The notes under the pieces were generated by a model, which ran no database searches, was not told where the DNA came from, and was given only the letters and a program-made list of their open reading frames with translations. The position numbers and the translations under genes were made by a program. A DNA stretch of 63,740 bases, filler included, from Anaerolineae bacterium (GTDB taxonomy: Bacteria > Chloroflexota > Anaerolineae > Epilineales > Epilineaceae), in assembly GCA_029262755.1 (NCBI GenBank). It is 4 parts of 4 records of this genome, joined end to end, with 100 filler letters (N's around TTAATTAATTAA, not from the genome) between each part and the next. Parts side by side here need not be neighbours in the genome. Positions count along the whole stretch, not along the records: positions 55,339 to 60,756 come from JAJCYU010000386.1; positions 60,857 to 63,740 come from JAJCYU010000410.1; 2 more parts are not named here. One strand, 5' to 3'. Shown in pieces: positions 56,663-63,740 of the stretch. How positions within the stretch are numbered: position 1 is the stretch's first letter; each line of letters opens with the position of its first letter.

Positions 56663-57735
56663 ATGTCGATACCCGAAGTCGCAGCGATCGCGAGTTCCGT
56701 GACGCTCATTGTAAGCATGATCGTGAGCCTGTTGCTCCTTAGCACCATCTGGTCCGGAACGTCCGGCGACGATCGATGGCCGGCCGATGCGACGAGCGCG
56801 AGGCCGGCCGCACTGCGGTACCTACTCTGGATCTTGTTGGCCGCGACCCTAGCATCGTGGGCCAGTTGGCCTGCGCAGATCCTGTACTTGATTGAGGAAG
56901 TCGGCTGGTACTTGGGCGGTACGTCGTCAATGGCCTCAATGCTGTTCTCGGCGAGCCTGCCTCTACTAATCGCAATCGGCTTCGCGATCTGGTTTGCGCG
57001 AGCCATCGACTGGTCGATGGTGTCCGACCGCCTGCAACTGCCGATGCCGACGTGGGCGCAGAAGCTCGCAGCGCTTTGGCTCGGCTTCGGCATCGCGAAC
57101 GTGGTTTCGAGCGCCATGCTGTCATTGAGCCTGATTTTCGGCACCTTGAGTTCGCCGCAATCGATCGAGATTGCAGTCATGCAGCGCGCTTGGTTCTGGA
57201 CTCGCTCCATCCCAGCTGTTTCGTTTATTGTTGCGGCTGCGGTGGCGTACTTCGCGATCGGCTGGGCGCATAGTTCCGAGCGCGAATCGAGGGTGGAACG
57301 TGCCCTGCGGTGGATGGTGCGAATCGGAGTTTCCGGCAGTCTCGCCTTCGGCTTCTATTGGGCAGCGGGATGGCTGGCCTCCCTACTGATCGAGGACCGG
57401 TTTTCGAGCAGTCATGGCCGGTCGTCGTCGAGTGGATTGAATCCGGCACGCCCGCCTACTGGGTTACCACGCTGATCGTCCTCGCATTTGCCCTGTGGGC
57501 GGTCGTCGTGTTGGAACGCGAAGCGACCCGGTTGGGCGGATCCGTGCGGCGGCGCCCTCTTCGCGTGCTCATCGGCGCACCTCTGCTCGTCGCGGTGCTC
57601 TTCGATCCGGTCGCACGCATGGCCGCCGCGCTGATGGACGCTGGGTCCACAGGGGTCGGATCCCAATCGCCAGACGCGCTACTGTCGTGGGCGATCCCGC
57701 TGGTGGTGGCGATTCTGGTTGCGTTCAAGCGCTGA
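56663..57735 (+). pseudogene. Polytopic membrane protein split by an apparent frameshift near 57392
   Basis: TM-rich frame 56663-57475 turns non-hydrophobic after 'LLIE', while the overlapping frame ending at 57735 becomes TM-rich from 'GPVFEQ'. Confidence 0.6.
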
Positions 57736-57819
57736 GACACGACCCGCCCGTATTCTGATGCACGAGTTGGCCGAGCAGTTCCAAAAAGCGCGAACTCGCG
57801 TATATGGTCGATGACTTAG

Positions 57820-57976
57820 GCCTCGTCCGTCAACAATCTCACCAATTCGGCCGTCGCTGCATCCGCTGTGCCGGCCCGCTGTTCCTCAGCAATAGCGCTG
57901 CTAGTCCTTCGTCTCAGCGAACCAGCACAGCGGCGCAGCAACGCCCTCGGTTGGCGACCTTGTTAACGGACGAGCC
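57820..57976. mobile_element. Palindromic MITE/REPIN-like element, copy B
   Basis: CTCGTCCGTCAACAA...TTGTTAACGGACGAG (14/15 inverted repeat); nested stems; core homologous to 5206-5286. Confidence 0.7.
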
Positions 57977-58257
57977 CAGAGCTTTCTGTTAGGAAGGCGC
58001 GATAATGATAATCACACCACCCATGTGTAATTGGAGGCGGCGTACGAAGCGTACCGCTTGATGCGCAACTACTCTCAAACACTTGACAGACCGAAGCCTC
58101 GAAGCAAGATAAGGTCTGCACACAACGCCCTTTGCAATACGAGAGACATGCAACCACCCGTCACGCGTCGCTGCGGACGGACAAGATGCCCGCGCGCTTT
58201 CCCCCGGTTCGATCATCCTCGGACGGGGGGCCTTCCCTTTGCGGATGGCGCGTGTCC

Positions 58258-59043
58258 GTGAAGCGCTCCAGACCCCTGCGCTACGCCTCCGTGCCCGTCG
58301 CGACCGTGTTCGTGACGGGCGTTTTGTGGTGGTGGCTTTCGTCGCGCGCCCGCCTGGACGGGCCGGAGTCCATGGGCCTAGCCGGGCTTTGCTTCGGGGT
58401 CGCCGCGCTGCTGCTGGCAGCGCTGGGCGCCTACGTCTTGGGCGACCGCATGGAGCGCCTGGCCCGCGAGCCGCGTCTGCGCCTGCGGTGGCACCAGGAC
58501 CCGGATAGCCAGGACCGGGCGACGGGCGCTCCGCTGCGGCTTTCGCGAGGCGGCACGCTCGCCCACGTTCTTGTCGCTCGCGATCGCGACGTTTGGCTCC
58601 ACCTACCCTTCGCCGTGGAAAACCAGGGCCTCGGGGCGACCGAACGCTACCGGCTCGAACTTCACGTACCTCCTTCCCTCAATCGCAGGGCAAGCCCGTC
58701 GCAGGAACAGCCCTCCGTCGCCCTGTCCCGTAGTCCGCACGACCGCGAGGCCGGCGTCTGGCGTATGGAGTGGGCCGTCGATCGCCCCAACGGCTGTCGC
58801 TTCGTCTTCGACAGCGAGGATGCGCGCACGGTCTATCCCGGCTGGCCGGAGCCCCACGGCCGCCTCGACATACGTGTGCCGCGCGCCAACCCGATCCCGG
58901 TCGGCCGCTATGAGGTCATCGTGCGCATCGCGGCCGACGGCATGACGATGCACGAGGAGCGGCTCGGCGTGCTCGTGGGCGCGGTGGGTAGAGAAGACGG
59001 GAACGTGGGACTGGCAAGTCAATCCTCGACGCAGAGTCGATAA
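58258..59043 (+). CDS. Hypothetical protein with two N-terminal TM helices and an Ig-like beta domain
   Basis: High-GC3 frame; 'FAVENQGLG' Ig-like pattern; start uncertain. Confidence 0.6.
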   Translation: MKRSRPLRYASVPVATVFVTGVLWWWLSSRARLDGPESMGLAGLCFGVAALLLAALGAYVLGDRMERLAREPRLRLRWHQDPDSQDRATGAPLRLSRGGTLAHVLVARDRDVWLHLPFAVENQGLGATERYRLELHVPPSLNRRASPSQEQPSVALSRSPHDREAGVWRMEWAVDRPNGCRFVFDSEDARTVYPGWPEPHGRLDIRVPRANPIPVGRYEVIVRIAADGMTMHEERLGVLVGAVGREDGNVGLASQSSTQSR

Positions 59044-59095
59044 CGGCATCGTCTACACTGGTTCGCGGCAACGTTCGCGATTCGGAGGTTGATCG

Positions 59096-59821
59096 ATGAA
59101 GCGTTTCGCAGGAACCATGCTGATGTTGGTCTTCTCCCTGGCTTGGACGAGTTTGAGCAGTGAGTCGCAAGGCCTGACACGCACGGTCACGGTGCGAGGG
59201 ACGGTAGTCGATGCACGGCAGGGGGCGCCGATCGAGGGCGCGTTGGTTTCGAACCATGCCGATCCGGGGCAGTGCGAATGGGCAATGTGGACGGGGTCGG
59301 ACGGGACCTTTAGCCGCCGGTGCGAGGTAGTCGGCGAAGGCTCGAGGATCCGCGTTCGTGTTGATCGGGACGGTTTCCGACCGTGGACCTGGATTGTGGA
59401 CGTCAATCCAGACGAGATCGAGGGCGACGACATCGTGCTGGACGTTCGCCTGGAGGACTTGGCCGCACCTGGTGACCCGGAGCCGAGCCCAACTCCCAGC
59501 GACGAACTGCTTTGGAGTCGCTTCAGCGGACATGTGTACGCGGAAGGCCGGCCGACTGCGATGGCACGCGTCGCAGTGAGCGCGAGCGTGGGTCGCGAAT
59601 CATGCTTCTCGCCGGTCCAGACCGATACGAATGGTTATTTCGAGGTCTGGTGCTACGGAGGACATTCGTTGTGGGGTTCGGTGCGCATGACGGTAGAGGC
59701 GGACGGTTTCCTGACGTACGACACCGGCCGGATCTCGTATCAGGAATTGGAACGAATCCAGGTAATCGCACTGCGTTCACGCGGAATCTATCTACCGTGG
59801 ATGGTAGCAACAGCGCCATAG
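59096..59821 (+). CDS. Secreted protein with two carboxypeptidase-regulatory-like domains and C-terminal IYLP motif
   Basis: GGAGG SD; signal peptide; 'VRGTVVDARQGAPIEGALV', 'TDTNGYF'; ends GIYLPWMVATAP. Confidence 0.8.
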   Translation: MKRFAGTMLMLVFSLAWTSLSSESQGLTRTVTVRGTVVDARQGAPIEGALVSNHADPGQCEWAMWTGSDGTFSRRCEVVGEGSRIRVRVDRDGFRPWTWIVDVNPDEIEGDDIVLDVRLEDLAAPGDPEPSPTPSDELLWSRFSGHVYAEGRPTAMARVAVSASVGRESCFSPVQTDTNGYFEVWCYGGHSLWGSVRMTVEADGFLTYDTGRISYQELERIQVIALRSRGIYLPWMVATAP

Positions 59822-60232
59822 CGGCCCGTTAGCCGGCGCAGGACGAATTCTCCGCAACGTTCGCCCCGCGCTCTCCGTTGACGAGAACGACGCGCTCGCA
59901 GCATCCTCAGGCCGCCCCCCGGCCGATGCATTAGGGGACCCTCCCCAGGGGCGTGCGCGTGCTCCCGTTGGACGCCGGGTCGGGGTCGCGCATGGCCCCG
60001 GCCCGGTCCGATGGCAGAGCATAGGACGATGGGCGTTGCGCTTGGTGGCGGGAGGAATGGCACCCCGATCGAGAGGCATGCGAACCGCGCAGCCTCCGAC
60101 CGGGGGGAGCCCGGGACGCACATCGTCCCTCGCACGAGACGCACTTGCTCCGGCCATGACCCGCCGCCTACAATCCCATCCCGAACGGTTGTTCGACACC
60201 CCCCGCCGTCGCACACCGGGAGGAGTCCCCAC

Positions 60233-60756
60233 ATGCCCGACTTTCTCGATCAGCTCGGCGACGTCCTTGAGCAGCGTCGCGACGAGTTGTCCGCCACGTT
60301 GCGCGTGGAGGCAGCCGTGGGCGAAGGCGCATTGGGCGCGCTCGTTCGCGAACATTGGGCGCCATTGCCGGAGGCGCCCGAGCAGGGCGTGACGCCGTGG
60401 GAAGCCTACGCAGTGGACGGTTCGCTGAGCGAGATCGGGCTCGACAGCGGGGCGCACGTGATACTCGTGCAGGCCCTTGCGCTCGGTGAGAACGCTTTCG
60501 AGCGATCCGCGCTCGATCTCGAGGTGCTGCCCGCCACCGTGCCGCGTAGCACCGCGGCGCGCGTCGCGGATCTGCTGCAGCAACGCTACGAGATCGGGCT
60601 CGCGGCGGACGTCGCGGAGCAGGCGGCGCCCGGCAGCGTGATCTTTCTCGATGGCGCGCTCTATGGGCGCTTGCCCCAACTCTACGACGAGGGGCTCGAG
60701 ATCGTACCGGGGCTCGCCGATCTGGCAACGCGGGTGCGCACGCACTACCTGCGCCT
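60233..60756 (+). CDS. nurA: NurA-family nuclease, N-terminal part (cut by gap)
   Basis: 'AYAVDGS', 'YE...A', 'IFLDGAL' match the NurA acidic motifs; AGGAG SD. Confidence 0.75.
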
Positions 60757-60856
60757 NNNNNNNNNNNNNNNNNNNNNNNNNNNNNNNNNNNNNNNNNNNN
60801 TTAATTAATTAANNNNNNNNNNNNNNNNNNNNNNNNNNNNNNNNNNNNNNNNNNNN
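60757..60856. other. Artificial contig linker
   Basis: N-run with central TTAATTAATTAA. Confidence 0.99.
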
Positions 60857-60943
60857 AGCCGCTCGCGAGACCGCTGCGAACCCGCCCGCAAGCACGTCGC
60901 AAGCCGCTCCCGAGACCGCTGCGAACCCGCCCGTAAGCACGTC
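60857..60943. repeat. 45-bp tandem repeat, two copies, at contig edge
   Basis: AGCCGCTC(G/C)CGAGACCGCTGCGAACCCGCCCG(C/T)AAGCACGTC at 60857 and 60902. Confidence 0.85.
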
Positions 60944-61198
60944 ACTATCCTAATGTCACGCGCGTCACGACCCCGCAAGCTGCGTACTCGATCCGCGCAC
61001 GACCCGTACGCATGACGTCGGTCGAACCGCGGGGTTCGCCCGCCCGCCCGTTGTCCGTGCTTCTACCCTTGTGCTACGCTCGTTCGCGTCCCCCTAGTAC
61101 CCGTCCACCCTGCCCGGGCGCGTCTTCTTGCACGCCCCGCGGTCACGGTCCGGCTCCGTGGCGTCGCCCCCGCCCGTGCCGGCTCTGGAGAGCCCCTG

Positions 61199-62293
61199 AT
61201 GCGCCGCAGATCTACCGATACGAAGCAGAAATCAACCGCTAGGTATGCTGTCGAGCATGCCTCTTCGCGATCCTCGCGCGACCCCGACACGAGAGGTTCG
61301 CGCACCCTTCCGCGCTCGCTCGCGGCGGCCGGCGTAGCCGCTGTCGCGCTGCTTGCGGTTGCTGTTGTGAGCCGCGCCGCACCAAACACGCAGGACCAAG
61401 GCGAAGCTACGGTCTACCTGCCGGTCGTGCTCAAGGACTGGCAGAAGTCGCAGTTCAACCAGGAGCGCGGCCGCACCCCGACAACCGCCCCGCCCGGCAC
61501 GGCCACGCGCGAGCCGTCGCCGACGTTGCTGCCGACCCAAACGGCCTTGCCCACCTTCACACCGCCCCCCGCGGGTGACGGCGAGATCCACGGCAAGCTG
61601 CTGGTCAACGGCGAGCCCGGCCCGGCGGGCCTTGGTGATTTCGGCCCCGGCCTGTTGCTCAAGCGTTGCAGCAGCAACGATCTAAAGGACTGCGAGCGAA
61701 TCGGCCGCACCGGGGTCTATGACGAAGAAGGCAACTACACGTTTGCGAACCCGCCCGGCCTGACGCCCGGAACGTACTACGTCGTCGAATGGCGCAACGA
61801 AACCTACGACGACATCTTCGGCGACCCGCAATGGATCGGCTTCTGGCGCTCCGAGCCGATCACCGGCTACAGTGCGGGCGACGTGGTGGCGGTGCCGGAC
61901 TTCGAGCTCGGCGACACCAAGCTGACCGGCCCGTCGAAGGGCACCGGCTACGGTGGTCTACCCGTTCGCTTTACGTGGGACACGCGGCCCGGCGAGAGCG
62001 AACAGTACCACTGGGCCATCTCCGAGCCGGCTTGCCCGGCCGAGAGCCAGATCTACGACCGCGGCGACAACTGGCGCTCGCCCTCGGTCGGATCTAACGG
62101 CGCCTACGAACTGCGCAGCTACCCGCCCAACACGCGGGTAGGCAACGAGTACCGCTACTGCTGGTTCGTGGAAATCCAGACCGAGGACAACGGTTGGGGC
62201 TGGAGCCACGAGCGTTGGGCATTGTGGTTCTTCTTCCTGAGCTTCGAGCCCTTTGGCCTCGATCCCATGGACTGGATGGTGCCGATCCGATGA
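61199..62293 (+). CDS. Secreted protein with post-signal VYLP motif and Pro/Thr linker (paralogue 1)
   Basis: Signal/TM segment, 'QDQGEATVYLPVVLKD', PT-rich linker, two beta domains ending 'YCWFVEI...G.GWS'. Confidence 0.8.
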   Translation: MRRRSTDTKQKSTARYAVEHASSRSSRDPDTRGSRTLPRSLAAAGVAAVALLAVAVVSRAAPNTQDQGEATVYLPVVLKDWQKSQFNQERGRTPTTAPPGTATREPSPTLLPTQTALPTFTPPPAGDGEIHGKLLVNGEPGPAGLGDFGPGLLLKRCSSNDLKDCERIGRTGVYDEEGNYTFANPPGLTPGTYYVVEWRNETYDDIFGDPQWIGFWRSEPITGYSAGDVVAVPDFELGDTKLTGPSKGTGYGGLPVRFTWDTRPGESEQYHWAISEPACPAESQIYDRGDNWRSPSVGSNGAYELRSYPPNTRVGNEYRYCWFVEIQTEDNGWGWSHERWALWFFFLSFEPFGLDPMDWMVPIR

Positions 62294-63234
62294 TCCGCCA
62301 AACACGTATCCGCCCCGCGCTCGTCGCGGCCTTGTTCGTCGCTGCACCCATCATCGTCGCGTTGGTCTTCGCGGCACTACGGCCGTCGCTCTTCGCGGCC
62401 CCGGCCGCGCAGGATCAAGGCGAGGCAACGCTCTACCTTCCGCTGATCCTCAAGGACGTCGTGAAATCGTCCTTGAACCAGGCACGCCCGCGCACCCCGA
62501 CGGTCACCGCGACCGCTTCGCCCACGCGCGACGCAACGCCTACCCAGAAGCCCACATTCACCCCCGAGCCCACACCCACCCCGACCGAGCTGGCCGAGAC
62601 GGGCACCATCCACGGCCGCTACGTGGTCGCAGATGAGCCCATGCTGCCGGGCTTCGGCGCGCCGGGCTTCCCGCAAATCGAGCTGCGCTTGTTGGAAGGC
62701 AGCGAGCTGGAGGGCATCAAGGTCGCCAACGCGATCGTCGAAGAGGACGGCCGCTTCGTTTTCGTCAACCCACCAGCCTTGCGCGGCAACCAGGTCTACC
62801 AGGTCTGGTGGATCAACGATTCGTTGCTGGGCATCCAGGACTGGGTGGCCCGCTGGTTCAGCCGCAAGATCGTCGGCTTCGGCGACGGCACGGACGTGGA
62901 CCTCGGCACGATGGAGCTCGCAGACGTCGCCCTCGGCCCCTCGCCGGGCAACGATATCCACTACTCGCTGCCCACCCTCTACGAATGGCACCCGCGCGAC
63001 ACGCGCCCGGACGAGATCTACAAGTGGGCGGTCTACGAATCGTGCGACGAAGCCGACCGCCGGACCGGCGCCTACTTCACGCCCTCCCTGGGTCACGTCG
63101 ACGAGTTCGAGCTCGGCGGCCCGCCCCGCGGCTTCCGCATCGACACGAAGTACTGCTGGTACGTCTGGATCGAAGACGGCGAGTTCGGCACGGGCTGGAG
63201 CTTCTACCGGTGGAAGACGCTGTGGCTGCCGTAG
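62290..63234 (+). CDS. Secreted protein with post-signal LYLP motif and Pro/Thr linker (paralogue 2)
   Basis: ATGA overlap; 'QDQGEATLYLPLILKD', PT linker, 'YCWYVWI...G.GWS'. Confidence 0.82.
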   Translation: MIRQTRIRPALVAALFVAAPIIVALVFAALRPSLFAAPAAQDQGEATLYLPLILKDVVKSSLNQARPRTPTVTATASPTRDATPTQKPTFTPEPTPTPTELAETGTIHGRYVVADEPMLPGFGAPGFPQIELRLLEGSELEGIKVANAIVEEDGRFVFVNPPALRGNQVYQVWWINDSLLGIQDWVARWFSRKIVGFGDGTDVDLGTMELADVALGPSPGNDIHYSLPTLYEWHPRDTRPDEIYKWAVYESCDEADRRTGAYFTPSLGHVDEFELGGPPRGFRIDTKYCWYVWIEDGEFGTGWSFYRWKTLWLP

Positions 63235-63740
63235 GGGAGCGCGAGCGCTAGCGTGTGGCTTGGCTCGACGGGCCGTGTCGTATGCTGGACGCGCCTGAGC
63301 CGCCCGAAACGCTGTAGCCCCAGCGGAGCAGGAGCCGTCCGTCAGGCCCCCTCAGGTATGCGAGTGGCTCGCGCCCATCAGCGCGAACGTGCGTGGAGAA
63401 GTGTCGGCCTGCGGGCGGCAGGTGACGTGGGAGAAGTGGCAATGACGGCTTGAAACGGTGCGCGTTTGGCCACCGTTTCGTGGTCGTTCAGGGCTGCGTG
63501 ATTCCATAAACGCATGCGCATTGTGGCCTGAGGACGGACCTCGTTCGCGCAGAGAGCATCGATGCCGCAATATCTCTCTGAACGCCCCAACAGCCCAGCA
63601 TTCGGCCTGACCTACGACCCGAACGTGCTCTGGGCTCGTGGCGCTGAGCCCGGCCCCCTCCTCGGCGCCACGGGCAGAACGGTCGGCACGTTGGGGCCCG
63701 ACGCGGATCACGGAGCCGGGCGCATCGACATTGGCGCTTA

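Noticed and set aside
54638..59821. Integron interpretation of the recombinase plus orphan genes
   Set aside because: The recombinase lacks the IntI-specific insertion, the orphan genes are on a different contig, and GTTAAC/GTTAGG at 57962-57992 is partly explained by element B.
29091..60856. Three TTAATTAATTAA motifs inside N-runs
   Set aside because: Artificial six-frame-stop contig linkers. ORFs crossing them and any cross-gap synteny (e.g. integrase next to vWA/NurA) are not biological evidence.
63584..63697. attC-like GCCCCAAC...GTTGGGGC
   Set aside because: Ends do not fit RYYYAAC/GTTRRRY, the arms are asymmetric, no L boxes are evident, it does not follow a gene closely, and there is no second site.

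Overview
High-GC (roughly 70%) bacterial DNA made of four contigs (1-29090, 29191-55238, 55339-60756, 60857-63740) joined by artificial 100-nt N linkers containing TTAATTAATTAA, so adjacency across the gaps means nothing. Gene content suggests a Chloroflexota (Anaerolineae/Ardenticatenia-like) metagenome-assembled genome (inference): T-box riboswitch, UPF0182, DUF4126, ArnT/PMT-like GT-C, NurA, and many secreted proteins with Pro/Thr linkers and a 'xYLPxxxR/K' motif. Most genes are housekeeping (purA, pgsA, pgpA, fahA, serA, tyrS, pcrA, RlmI-like, cyclophilin) or encode envelope and secreted proteins. The most notable observations are: (1) seven unrelated secreted proteins share a short (I/V/L)-(Y/H/R/L)-L-P motif, either at the C-terminus or directly after the signal peptide, a candidate lineage-specific surface-targeting system that may be linked to an O-antigen-ligase/TPR + WecA + nucleotide-sugar dehydrogenase locus; (2) a T-box(Val)-controlled valS is cut after about 58 codons and joined to foreign DNA carrying a tyrosine recombinase; (3) two ~158-bp palindromic intergenic elements on different contigs share an 81-bp core but have different, still self-pairing arms; (4) a CocE/NonD-family lipoprotein appears to have lost its whole catalytic apparatus. 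I found no rRNA, tRNA or CRISPR array. All assignments come from reading motifs by eye; no database search was run.
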